This document shows, piece by piece, positions 39,245 to 51,428 of a DNA stretch of 64,000 nt (positions are counted from its first letter, which is position 1; every line of letters starts with the position of its first letter). Below the pieces are notes generated by a model, which was not told the DNA's origin, ran no database searches, and worked only from the letters and a program-made list of their open reading frames with translations. The stretch spans positions 4,774,001 through 4,838,000 of the forward strand of contig NEEC01000002.1 in the NCBI GenBank assembly GCA_002189035.1, given 5' to 3'. The position numbers and the translations under genes are program-made. This DNA is from Utricularia gibba. Lineage: Eukaryota > Plantae > Magnoliophyta.

Positions 39245-40624
39245 TAGTGATCCTTTCTCATGACATCGTTCAGTTTTCGATAATCCATACACACTCTCCA
39301 TCCATTTTGCACTCGCTTGGTGACTTGCTTCCCTTCAAAATTCATAACAATTGTAGTTCCTATCTTCTTTGGCACCACATGAATCCGACTAACCCACTTT
39401 TCCTCTTGTCCAAGGGTCAGATCAGAACTAGCGATAATTGGTAGAGTATTACCTTCTCCCTAGAAAATATACTTTATCTGTTTGGGGAGTATCTTAAGTT
39501 CAAATGGCTTCTCTAAAGAGATTTCTACAACTCCTATGTCATCCACAGATCTATGGACATCCAACTCTGGTATCCAAGTTGCTTCTTCATCCACTTCCAT
39601 CATGATGACTAAGTCTTCTGTCTTCTAGGCATACACTTCTTCTACTAGATCATCAATTATGTCCTTGTGGTCATCGGTGGCACTTTTTTCATTCTCTTCT
39701 TCCATCACCATTCCTACTCCATATTTTCCAACTTCTTGTTCTCTAGCTCTAAAAGTCACAAAATCATATCTATATCCTAGAGTCATCTCTCCCTTCTTGC
39801 ATCTAATGTGTGCATCAACTGTGGCTAAGAATGGCTCTCCTAGAATAATAGTGTTGTCATTTGCTTTCGTCGAAGTCATCCTCACCACTAAAAAATCAAC
39901 AAGGTATAAAGTTTTCGACACTTGTACCAGCACATCCTCAACTATTCCTCAAGAAATGATAGTCACCCTTGTTACCAGAATCAATCTTGTGTTAGTCCTC
40001 CTCAAGAGTTTGAGTCCAAGAGACTCGTAGACTTCCAGCAGCAACATGTTGATCGCATTAACAACAACTAAAAAGCACCTAGCTAGATTTTATAGATGTC
40101 GCAAGTCTAGGTTTTCCTCATCAAAAGAAATTTATAAACTAAACAAACAAACCACATTTCATCCACAAAGAGCAAATGGTTTTTAGTGGATGGTCGTATA
40201 CATAAGCTAGATTAAATGGGGAGTTTTCTGGAAGTGCTTTCTACTCTAACTTAAATCAATAAAAGACTTCTACTAGATCCTAAAATAAAAGCATATAACA
40301 AAGTCATAAATAAAATCATCAAAGCATTTGAACACGTTAAATATTGAAAACATGAGATGGAAATAGTGTGTATTTTCATGAAATATGATGCAACAAATAA
40401 GATCTGCGAGAAAAATAAAATGTTTATTCGATTCTCTAGTTCTTTGTCCTTCATGTCTTCTTCTTCTCAAACTCCAGGTTCTCTAGCCTCCTTCTCTATT
40501 GTTCAGATCTCACTTTTGACGTCAGAGATTAGTCCTAGTATCACGCTAGAACACCTCTCTTTTGTCTTCTATTCCACTACAATTACAAAAACTCTCTTTG
40601 GAGAAAAAATCTCTCTACAATAGA

Positions 40625-41330
40625 AGAAATCCTTTTATTTGACTTATTTGATGTATGGGGTATAGATTTTTTTGGACCATTTTCTACCTCAGTAGGTTAT
40701 AATTACATTTTGGTTGTGGTTGATTATGTGTCCAAGTGGATTGAGGCAATCCCTACACAGACTGATGATGTGAAGACTATGATTAGCTTCATGTAGAACA
40801 ATATCTTCAAGAGATATGGAACTCCTAAGGCCTGGATCAGTGATGAGGGAACCCATTTTTACAATTAGGCCTTGAGGAGTGTTTGGAAGCAATTCAATAT
40901 TAGGTACAAGCCTGCTACAGCATACCATCCACAAAAATGGACAAATTGAAGTCTTAAATAGGGAAATCAAACAAATCCTAGAGAAAGTTGTGCACCCAAA
41001 CAGGAAGGACTAGAGTATGAGGTTAAAGGATGCACTTTGAGCCATACGAATAGCATGCAAGACCCTCATTGAAACCTCATCATTTTGGTTGGTCTATAGA
41101 AAGCCTTGTAGGTTACCAGCAACTCTTGAGCTCAAGACTTGATAGGTTGTGAAGAGGTTGAATTTAGACAAGAGCCTTAGGGTAAGCCATAGGAAGCTTC
41201 AACTTTCAGAACTAGAGGAGTTGACGAATAATGCATATGAGAGCTCAAAATTATTCAAAGCTCGGATTTTTAGTAAATGGGCATTAGTTGAAAATTTTTT
41301 ATGAAAATGTTGACAACATGTTCACAGGAA
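40625..41330 (+). pseudogene. Athila-type integrase core of the outer element
   Basis: FDVWGIDFFGPFSTSVGYNYILVVVDYVSKWIEAIPT...FKRYGTPKAWISDEGTHF...YHPQ.NGQIEVLNREIKQILEKVV; stops present. Confidence 0.88.
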
Positions 41331-41412
41331 ATATGAAGATGAATAAGCTGATGGATGCACCAGAAACGTAGCCACATGAGAAGTTGGGTCCAAGACTATA
41401 AACAAGGGTGCT

Positions 41413-42714
41413 TGTTGCATGTCGTTTCTTCAATAAATTTTAAATATTGAAAACATAAAACACAAAAGAACGTAGTACGAGTATCAATTTCAGAGAGTTA
41501 AGTTTTGCGAAAAGTGTTTTGTAGAAAACTTTCACAAATTTTCAAGGATTTGTAAAAGAGGGTTTTTGAAGTAAAAGAAATAAAGATACAACCTAAGTAA
41601 TAAACCTTGACTAAGGACGACAGTTCTTGAGAATAAGATTCCACTTCCTTCTTTTGTCTATCCTCGCCTCGGTTTTCACTGATTCCTTTCGAATAGCAGG
41701 TTATAGGAACAAGGAATGGCCTACTCTCCCTTACACTCTGATTGACAAGGAGGCACGAGAATAGCCTCATTTGATTCCCTTGGACGATTAAGAAGATAAG
41801 AAGATTGCCGTCGATTGCCTTTAAAACCAAATTGTGTGTGTATGCCTAGTTGTTGCCAATGACCAGTGGTGAGTACGAGATCACTACTCATCCACTATCA
41901 TAGTACCTCGACCACAAACAATTTGCTACTTCCCTCGAACCAGTAGGGTTGGAGTTGGTACTCTTCACCTTGATCTTCATTAAGACCCACGAGGAGTGGC
42001 TTGCTATTCATGGACTGTGTGACTAGGAGTCGTTACAGAAAGATTGCAACAAGACGTGTGGAAGTATGCAAAATCTGAATGAATTCAATGAAGAATCGAG
42101 TTTAGTGTTCAAGACTTGAAAGGAAACTTCATCTACTCCCAGAAACTAAAGGGTTTAACCACAAAGGACCATGAAAACAGAAACGAAAATGGAAGCTAAT
42201 TGTTCTTCCTCCTTGGAGGAGAGGAATAACCCCAAAAGTTCTAAGTCTAAGAACAAAGTGTTAAAAAGGTCCGAAAATAAGTGTTACAAGTCGGTTTTAT
42301 CTCACTCCCCACATGTATTAACTCCTTCAAGTCCTCTTCTTATCATTCCTTCTGTCTTGCGTGCACCACCAGTTTTTTCTTGCGTGCAAATTAGCACCCA
42401 ATCATTGTTGCAGACTCTGATATGCCATAAATAAGGGGCCTTGACTAGTATCAGTCTTCTGCCCACAATTGTTCCAAATCACGTGCAAGGCACGAAAAGC
42501 CAGAGTCTGATCTCTTACAACACTTAACGACTGCCTCCTAACATAATTCGGTCAAAATATACGAAAAAGACGAAGAAAATATATACAAAATAAGAAAATA
42601 GGATTTTTTTTAAGAAAATAAATTACTTATCAATATGACTCCTAATTTAGGCGACTTAATACTAGAATAAGACATAATAATACATAATAATAAATTAGAA
42701 AATGACAATTAACA
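41413..42714. mobile_element. Probable solo LTR (1302 bp) downstream of the outer integrase
   Basis: TGTT...AACA termini flanked by the direct repeat GGTGCT (41407-41412, 42715-42720); removing it restores the ACAAG.GTGCTTATGGGAGGCAACCCA post-integrase motif. Confidence 0.65.
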
Positions 42715-43740
42715 GGTGCTTATGGGAGGCAACCCATGGTTAAGTCTTTTAATTTCTACATTTTTATATTTTTTTTAGTATAGCTTTATTTTAGGCTGTT
42801 TGTCATGTGTTTGTGCTGCTGAGAGATGATTCTATTTTATAAAATCGAGAGGATTTATCAATGAGAAGTTAAGAAAAATCAGATCGTTGGTTTAGTGGGA
42901 AGTTGAACCATGATGGAAAGATGAAAACACCCTTGTAGTTTAAAATGGTTTAGAGGAACAAATCTCAGAGTCTTGCATTTTACTATTGTTCATCAATTTT
43001 TCTGAAAAAATACAAATCTTCAGATTTTCGTTTCATCAAGTAGATGCATCCATATCTTGAATGGTCATCTATATAAGTGATGAAATACGAGAAACCCCCT
43101 CTAGCAGTGATGCTCATTAGACCACATACATCAGAATGTATTAAATCCAATAAGTTTTCAGCTCTTGCTTCTTTTCCTAGAAAAGGTTGCTTTGTCATTT
43201 TGCCCAATAAACAAGATTCGCATGTTTCATAAGATTCAAAATCTTCTGAGTCCAAATATCCCAATCGATATTAGTACTCAACACGCTTCTTGTTTATATG
43301 GCCTAAACGACAATGCCAGAGGTAAGAATTCAAGACATTGTCAATCCTTGACCTTTTATGCACATGTTAATCTGTTCCGAATCATGCTGATCCAAAACAT
43401 ATATTCCATTTACTATCGTAGCAGTACCATAATGCACATTCCCTCGTCGTATGGAACAACAATTGTTCCTTATAGAAAACTCGAAACCAATCTTGTCCAA
43501 ACAAGAAATAGAGACGATGTTCTTAGACAATGAAGGAACACAATAAACAGAATCTAATTCAAGAGATAATCCAGAAGGTATGGCGATGTGGCAAGTCCCA
43601 ACTGCCATGGCAGCAACTCATGCACCATTCCCAACTCTTAGGTCAACATTGCCTTTCTTCAAGATTCTACTACTCATTAGGTCCTGCATGTTAGTGCAAA
43701 TGTGAGCACCACAACCAGTATCTAATGCCCAATAACCATT

Positions 43741-44634
43741 CTAGATAGTAGTGTTAATCTCAATCATGTGTATACCTGAAGCTGAATTCTCATTCTGCTT
43801 CTTGCCCTTGATTGACTCTAGATAGGCTTTGCAGTTTCTCTTCCAATGACCAGATTTCCCACAATGAAAGCATTCACCCTTAGCCGGTTTTTCAACAGGC
43901 TTCTTCTTCTTGATCTCACTTTTAGCTTTGAGTTTCTTGTCTTGACTCTTCTTCTTGGAAACCTTTTTCCTTGAAGAGACAAGCATGACATTCTTTTGTT
44001 CCTTTGTGATAGTTGTCTCAATAGACTTGAGTAACTGAATCAATTCAGGAACAGTTTGATCCATCTTGTTCATCTGATAGTTCATCACAAATTGTGAGTA
44101 GCTATCAGGTAGTGAGGTAAGGATTAAGTCAATACTCAAGTCCTTATCCAACACAAAACCAAGAGTGGACAACTTCTCAACGTAACTCAACATCAATGTC
44201 GCATGATCAGCAGCAGAACTTCCTTCTACCAAGCGACAATTGAACAACAACTTTGATGTCTTGAACCTTTCAAGTTGTGAGTGCTCACCAAACAGATCCT
44301 TGAGGTGTGTTATCATCTGTTGGCAAGTCATCGCCTCATGCTGTTTTTGGAGATCAGGGGCCATCGAAGCAAGCATGATACAGGAGACAAGCTCAGCATC
44401 ATCTAGATACTTCTGATATGCACGCCGACTATCTTCAGCTGCATTAGCCCTGGGTTGTGCAGGAACATCTTGCTCAAGGATGTAAGCAATCTTCTCCGCC
44501 TTGAGAACAATTCTCAAATTGCGGTGCCAATCAGTAAAATTCGAGCCAACCAACTTGTTGGACTCTAGAATGGATCTCAAATTCACGCTGGAAAACATAT
44601 CTTCAACCTGAAGAAGAGAAAGCAAACACATCAT
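43741..44634 (-). CDS. Copia gag ORF, uninterrupted up to the gag/protease junction (likely start M at 44598)
   Basis: MFSSVNLRSILESNKLVGSNFTDWHRNLRIVLK...CFHCGKSGHWKRNC (CCHC zinc knuckle); TAG precedes the protease. Confidence 0.85.
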   Translation of the reverse strand: MMCLLSLLQVEDMFSSVNLRSILESNKLVGSNFTDWHRNLRIVLKAEKIAYILEQDVPAQPRANAAEDSRRAYQKYLDDAELVSCIMLASMAPDLQKQHEAMTCQQMITHLKDLFGEHSQLERFKTSKLLFNCRLVEGSSAADHATLMLSYVEKLSTLGFVLDKDLSIDLILTSLPDSYSQFVMNYQMNKMDQTVPELIQLLKSIETTITKEQKNVMLVSSRKKVSKKKSQDKKLKAKSEIKKKKPVEKPAKGECFHCGKSGHWKRNCKAYLESIKGKKQNENSASGIHMIEINTTI

Positions 44635-45502
44635 GTAGTGTTCCTTAAATCACATCTAACTGGTCTTTATTAAATGTGATATACTCCCACTATGTTTTTC
44701 GAGATGGTAGCCCCTTACTGACAAAACGAGAAAATCACATATTCTTAGTGGGACAGTGTCCCATTTCATTCATCTCCACCTTGACTGTAGCCAACAAGCT
44801 TTAATGAATGAAACAGGTAGTCATCTCATGTCAATTGTATCTCTCATACAACCACTGTATCATTGAGTCATCAACTCTTGATGTAAAAACTATTTACCTC
44901 AAGCTTTCCTCCAATTTTACCAACCTTGGCTTTAGTCAATAAGTTGATAAAATCAGTTAAGCCAACCCACCGTGAATCTAATTCCATAATTCGAACATGT
45001 CATGTGTAGTGGAGAGCTTGATGGTAGCCAACAACTCTATGCACTAAAAATGACTCTCGTTCTCCTTATGTCAGTGGAAGGAATAAGCTTAATTATTTGA
45101 TAGGGGATTTTTCCATAGGCAACACTTGCACTATGGATATCGATATCCTATCAGATAGGAATCCTGACAACCCTTGCCCTTTCGTTAATAACGCATCATT
45201 TCCCTGGATTTTCATACATAAAGCTCGAAAATCCTAATTGACCCTAGATGCCTTGGTCACAAATAAATTATCAAACATCATATGCATCGATAATTCACCA
45301 ATACGATCAACATGATCAAAATTCGTGCAAAGGCCATCATACCCCATAATTACACACATATAAACCATCAACATGCTGCGCATATACACGTAAGATATGA
45401 GTCTCAAAAGCATCAATCATCAATCAAATTTCGTGCATCCTAGGGCAGCAAAACAATCCAACATAATCAGATTTCGTGCATCACATGCTATTATCATGAT
45501 CG

Positions 45503-45668
45503 CCGGCAAGGCAACATACGAGAACATCTCGAAAAATCAGCAAGGATTATAACGTGTCACCGACAAGGCAACATACGAGAACATCTCGTAAAATCAGCAA
45601 AGATTCTAATGTGTCACCGGCAAGGCAACATACGAGAACATCTTGTAAAGTCAGCAAAGATTCTAACG
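45503..45668. repeat. 57-bp tandem repeat, ~3 copies, in the copia B leader
   Basis: Units start at 45503, 45560 and 45617 (CCGGCAAGGCAACATACGAGAACATCTCG...GTGTCA). Confidence 0.9.
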
Positions 45669-46940
45669 TATACACGTATTCCGTAACCTTGCTCCAATAC
45701 CACTGTAGGGTTTCTCATAGACATCGTATGTCTCAAAAGCAGCCGAATTTTAAAAATTTTGAGAAACTGCCAACGCAGATCTTGGAATACGGTATACATC
45801 AAACATGTGGATGTTCAAAGTACCTTTCAGATGGCTCCATTGTTCACCAACCACCAATAGCAGACGGCCTCTATGGTATCCACACGTAGAGCACTCCGTC
45901 GATAACCTTCTCAAGGCTCTTGAATACAGGTCGAATTTCTCAAGTGCTAGTAGAGAAAAACGCCTTCTTATGGATGAGTCTTAGAGAGCATGAAGACCTT
46001 CGAGGAGATCTCAAGATCTAAACCTTTTTTTTTTATAGATATTTTTAATCTCAAAATAATTCTCTATTTAATTTATCCACTTTACCAATTACATCTCATG
46101 TAATGATTAAAGAATAATCAGGTGAAGTGATTGACCCTTTCCATGACCAGCCATCATGCAATGAACAGCTTTCATCATACTTATATATCATTCGATACTA
46201 GAACATGGGTGTGTTTCTTTCTGATGTATCGAACTTATAATTGCATTCAAGCACTAATACTTAATGACCTACTCAAACAATTCTAATGTCATTACCCTGG
46301 GCCCAAGACTTACTGTTAGGCTTTGATGCAATTACTTGAGATATGATCTCATTGCTAACATGAGTGATGAATCCTTTATTGATCAATCAACTATCTCCAA
46401 CCTTAAGGAGTCACATCCCTACTCATCCATACTAGGTAAGTCATGGTTAGGCTCCCATTAGTAATGAGCGAAAATGTGAGCTTAAGATCAAGATAACTTT
46501 GTTGACCTCAAGTCTAAGCTTACTTGCACGGCTGTCATATTCGAGATCTTGCTACTGACACTTGGTTAGCTTCCCATAGTAGCATCTCGAAGATGAGTCA
46601 TCTAGTGAATCGATTCTCTAATCGACACCCACACATAGGTTCTAGTAATCTCATTATGTCAATTGTGAGAACCATTGCCTAAACAGTTTAGGGAACTCAA
46701 TGTGCGCCAGCTTATCCGTATTTGTGATATCCTCATTTCACAAACACTCTAGCCAGGGAGTTTTTAACTTGATCATGAGTGCTTGAAGAATCTCACATTA
46801 TGATCTCATCATAATTTCTATAGCGCATAGATCAAGTAGAGGATTTTATCAATGATATAAATTTGATCACAATTCAAAGTAAATATCACAAGATAAGATT
46901 TGCCAATGAGTTGATTGTCTCTAGAACACATACACTAACA

Positions 46941-48500
46941 GTTCCATCTAATACTGTGACTACAGAAGATTTTCAAGGTGTAGATGCAATTCTTCAAGTA
47001 GTAGAGATGGGAGAATCTTTTAGGCCGAAAAGAAGAAGTGATCGGCTTTCAAATCTAGAAACCATCAACCTACAGTAGAGGTTGAGGGATTTGCAACAAT
47101 GTTATAAGAGAAGAAAAACACTAGTGGAAGATACACCCCCAGAACCATAGGTCTTGACTAAGAAGAAGGGAAAGATGAGAACAAAAAGCAAAAAACATCA
47201 CTAGTTGAACCTATTCCTAAAGAAGAGGATGCCACATCCAAGGAACAAACATTGCCTGTGGGCGAGAAAAATACTGAAAAATCTAGAGATGAAGTGCAGG
47301 CAATTGAGGAAGAACCGAATGCTAGATATGAAGTTTTAATGGACAAAAATGGGGGCGAAAACAAAGAAAATCAGAAGAAAGAAATTGAGCATGCAAAGGA
47401 GGAAGAAGGGGAGCAATCGTTAGGGAGCACCACTGAAAAGGAAAATGAATGTACAATTAAAAGAAAGAAATTTTTACCTAAATTGGTGACTTCATACATG
47501 AAAACAGGGCATTTTGCACAAGAAAAGGAAGGATTTCACTGGAAAATGACTCACAAGGGGATATCATATTTCAAGCACATGCAAACATGTTAAGTATAAG
47601 ATACTTGACCTTCATAGAAGAAAAACATGCTGATCACTATGGTGATATTGATAGTGAGAGCACAACATTCATGACTCTGTTTGAGATGAAATTTTCTGCA
47701 TACATATAAATGTCTTACAAATTTGCTTCTACATTTGTGTATGAAATACTTGAAATTGTCCTACACCCTTCTACTATCTCTTTTAGATTGATGGATGTTG
47801 AGTTTTCTTTTTCATTGGTCGAACAAAATTTAGTTCTAGGATTTTGTTCAAAATAGGATATAGATTCCCATGAATTTGCCACATCTCTTTTCGATTATCC
47901 TAATGAATTTGATGCTGAGGAACTTTACGCAATTCTGACTGATCAGCATGTTATAGAATTTAAGGAAAAGGGGACGAAAGCGGATTTATTTGTTGATCCT
48001 ATTATGCACTATGTTCATGTCTTGATCATCACAACTCTTTTTGGAAGAACTATAGGATTCAATTCTCTTTATAAGCATGAATTATTTGTCATCTGGTGTA
48101 TTATGAAGAAATGATCTTTGATTTTAGGTGCTATGCTAGCTGAACTAATGAATAGCAACTATAGACGGACGTAAAGTACACATTTGAGTTTGGTCATATT
48201 GTCGTGCATCTTTCTCACACCTTATGTCTCGAAAAAAGTGTCTGAATTAGAATTCTTCCATGTCGAAACTAAGATAGTACCTTTAGATGCATACTTCTTG
48301 AAAGTCACCAGACTAATCAAAGTCCAAGGAAGTGGGTTTGTTTTTAGACCCTTGGAAGGTTTGTGTGGAAATTCTACCCCTAGAGAAGGGAACTCAAATG
48401 CCCCTACTCTTTCAACGTCCAAATACAACAACAAGGAATGTTGCTTCCCAGAAATGATTAAGGAATTGAGCGAAAAAAATGTACGTTTTTATCTGTGAGA
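46941..48500 (+). pseudogene. Athila additional ORF (ORF2 / env-position ORF), decayed
   Basis: Acidic/lysine-rich N-terminus, then ISFRLMDVEFSFSL and HYVHVLIITTLFGRT...ELFVIWCIMKK...GAMLAEL, located between INT and the 3' LTR as in Athila. Confidence 0.65.
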
Positions 48501-50904
48501 TGCAAGAGCTGAAACAGAGAGTAATTGACTCCTCCGTGAACAAGTAATCTACTGCTGAATTTATTTCATGTAGTTTAGTTTTTATTCTTATTTTTAGTTT
48601 TATTTTTTTAGGATCCTGTTCGTGTATGCAATGCAGCATCTGTTAGTGTATGTTAGGAGTAATTAAGTACTTGTTCATTTTGTTTAAGGCGAGTTCTCGA
48701 AAAATTTTAGGTGTTGTTTTTTACTTCTATTTTTACTGAAAATAATTTTACACAAAACACTTTCTATTTCTATTTTTGACAAAAATAGTTTTTGACTATA
48801 GTTAAAAATCAAGAAGAAGTAGAAATAAGAAAACATCTACTTCTACTTCTCATTTCTATTTCTATAATGAAATTCTCGAAAATATTTATCACTTTATGCT
48901 TGGGCTTGTTTGAAAAGATCATCATAAACCCAACAATCCCTTGAACAATCTTCTTTAATTTTTATCGAAGACGACTATTCCTCTCAGCGACGAAATAACT
49001 GTTGGCTTTTGTTCCCTAAGTTCCATCTCTCTTTCTCTATTGGATGCAAATATAAAACAAGGAAGGAGCTATTTCACATGGATTTCTGGGTAATAAGGGT
49101 TTAGTATAAACAGAGGTCCATTTTGACAATAAATTCCAGGTACTTTTTATAGTTAGAATAGATTTTTGGGTTTAGTTTGAAGAATTATCACATGGGTTTC
49201 CTTTTCGAATGGTTGTTGAGAAAATTGCAGTCGATTTTCATTGGTTCCTCATTTTTTTGGATGTTTGTTTATTAAAGAAGCGCAAACATGTTGATGAAAG
49301 TGATACCTATGGATGAATTTGTGGAGCTACTGTGTTATTTTTTTATTTTCTCATTATGAAATTTTTTTGTTTTACTTCTCATTATGACAGTGCAAACATC
49401 ATGAATGCAAGCAATCAGAAAAAAAAAAAAAGTGTTCTTGGTGGCAGAACTTCCACCGTTTCCGCAGGCATAAAAGAAAACTTGCACTAGAGGAAGTGGA
49501 AAAGGGAAATATGCAAAATACATCTTTTAATAAAGAAGGATGGGAGAACCTCCAAAAAGGAATGAATACAACACAAAATTATCAATATGACATGATTCAG
49601 ATCAAGAACAAGTGAAATACTCTTCGAAGATACTAAGATTGCTATAGAGGTTTGTATGGTTTTTCATATTTTACACGCTATTTATGTTAATTAAGTCTAG
49701 CAGGATGATTAGCAGAAATATCGGACCAAAAGATGTGTAGATCAAGTTGAAGGAGGCACAATATCCGAAGCGAGACAAAGAGCACTCTTTTGCCACCTGC
49801 AGTTTGTAGGTTCAGGCCAAGAATAGTATTAGTGTTAGGAATAGTGCATTGGAGTAAAGATGGAAAGATAATTTTGGAAAAGTGAGAGAATTGACAAGAG
49901 AGCTTCAACAATGAAGAACATGCACAAAGAAGCTCGAGAACAAACGAAAGGGGTGAAGAAGAAGATTTTTCAAAGGAAAAGCCTCAATGTGAGGAGCAAG
50001 CTCTAGAACCCAATTCAACACTATTATTCCAAGTTGTAAACAGTAGCATAAGAAGAACATAACTATTTTTTCTTTTTCTTTTGTTTGGTAGACATTTAGT
50101 TTATGTATCAATTTGTCTTACAATGCTTATGATATTTTGTTAGTTTATGATTATGCAATCTTGTTTTGCTTACCAAATATGATTGGCTAGGTCTTAGGGA
50201 TGTCTTAAGAAGTAAATGGTGATGTGGGGCTAGGCTTCATAAGATAATTGGTCAATATGTCTTAGCTTTCGTTTCTATCATTCTTTGGATAGACCTAAGG
50301 GAGGAGGGAGGGAGGGGGGGCGAACAACTTCACAACTCATATGCTTTTAGACATAGACCAACAAATCAAGGCAGAAGATAGTAGGTGTTAGTCTTGGGTG
50401 GAACCAGTAGAATTGGGTCGACCTAATTCTACATATTTTGCACATAGGTAGACCTTACTATGATATGAATGATGATATTAGGGGCTATCTTAACCAAAAA
50501 CATGAGAAATAACTTGGGTAGACCTAAGTTATTTGGAATTTTGAAAATAGAAACATTGTAAATTAAATTAAGACCCTTAGTACCACATCATTTAAGCACC
50601 CTTGAGGCATCGTAGTATTACATTGTGCGCAAAACATGTATTTGTTACTATCTGTATTTAGATTTGATCTTAGTAAGTGAACTTCTATATCATTGTTAGT
50701 CTGATCTTGGACTAATAGTCAAATTTATTTCGAATTTTGTATTTCGAAAAGCATTTTGAAAGCGCTTGCTTCTTGATCGACCCCGAAATCCACTATACAA
50801 GTTTTTCGAATTTGTATGTTATATAAATTAGGGTTTATAAATTTCTTTGATACGAAATTTGATTATATTGCAATGATATTAAAAAATTTTCATTTAGCAG
50901 TTCA

Positions 50905-51428
50905 TCTTGTGAAATCCGATAACGTCTCTCAGTTGTTACATTATTCTTGTCAAACATTTCTTCTTCATCATTAGAGAGTATGGGTCCTTTATTTCAAAAT
51001 TTCCCAAAATCTTTATCAACCTGCAATGTAACACACAACATGAATTCCTTTTAAATTTAGAAATGTCAAGGAAAAATAAGAATCTTACAATGCATTTGTG
51101 CCCCACCACTCTGGGGAGGAGGGGGCTTGTATTGTGCCGCCTTCATACTTCCAACCAAATCCAGTGTTCAATGACAACTTCTTAAATGTCATCCAATCTT
51201 TTCTCATATTTTCCATTTATATTGTAGTTGTTGAATGGTGTAGCTCTTTCTTGTCACCTTGTTAATCCCCTCTATTGCCAACACACAACCAACATTGTTT
51301 AGATCATTTGTAGATGTGTTTCCTGCTCTTACTTGCGTCAAACAAGCTTGAATGAATACCCTTGTTTCAGCCTCACTCCAAGAAGCTTTGTCTTCTCCTT
51401 TTTCAACTTTTGGTGTAATCATTTTCAA
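50905..51428 (-). pseudogene. PIF/Harbinger Myb/SANT partner gene, N-terminal half
   Basis: KASWSEAETRVFIQACLTQVRAGN...GINKVTRKSYTIQQLQYKWKI...WWG, intron, VDKDFGKF*NKGP...EEEMFDK; Myb/SANT-like domain motifs. Confidence 0.8.

Larger units (their letters stand above)
26461..40619 (-). mobile_element. Inner Ty3/gypsy (Athila/Tat-type) element on the minus strand; decayed pol at ~34528-40058; gag absent
   Basis: Protease (GIVEDVLVQV...LVDFLVV); RT (WRVCMDYRKLNDVMRKDHY|PLPFIDQILEK, MPFGLYNAPAIFQRC); RNase H (MCDASNFVVGAVLGQ); INT zinc finger and core (HSSLNGGRHSSNRT, WAIQTTYKTLISMTPFKVIYGKNCHLP). Related ~300-bp LTR-like blocks at 26730-27020 and 40250-40530. The outer boundaries are uncertain. 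Confidence 0.8.
43020..46940 (-). mobile_element. Ty1/copia copy B (Angela-like): 5' LTR 45704-46940, PBS, leader, gag-PR-GAGpre-INT; truncated within the integrase
   Basis: LTR TGTTAGTG...CCCTACA; PBS TGGTATTGGAGC (45691-45702, iMet-like); protease WALDTGCGAHIC; CESCLLGKMTKQPF; LDLIHSDVCG. Leader and gag are homologous to copy A. Confidence 0.92.
24913..50899 (+). mobile_element. Athila-type Ty3/gypsy element (26 kb including nested inserts); gag-RT-RH lost; integrase and ORF2 remnants retained
   Basis: 5' LTR 24913-26256, PBS at 26260, INT 40625-41330, ORF2 46941-48500, 3' LTR ~49640-50899. 5-bp TSD GTTCA at 24908-24912 and 50900-50904. The LTRs differ at ~18 of 117 nt in one sampled block. 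Confidence 0.75.

Noticed and set aside
43700-43760. In-frame TAG between copia gag and protease as a programmed readthrough signal
   Set aside because: Another in-frame stop follows shortly (NGA*VAA) and the element is truncated; there is no CARYYA readthrough context. Mutational decay is the simpler explanation, and copy A is deleted here so cannot confirm.
45503-45668. Regularly spaced repeats resembling a CRISPR array
   Set aside because: The 57-bp units are contiguous tandem copies with no unique spacers, there are no cas genes, and the context is a plant retrotransposon leader.
13925-46940. Copia A (lacks 5' LTR) and copia B (lacks 3' half) as two halves of one broken element
   Set aside because: Both contain the leader, gag and integrase start, and these differ at many positions, so they are separate insertions.
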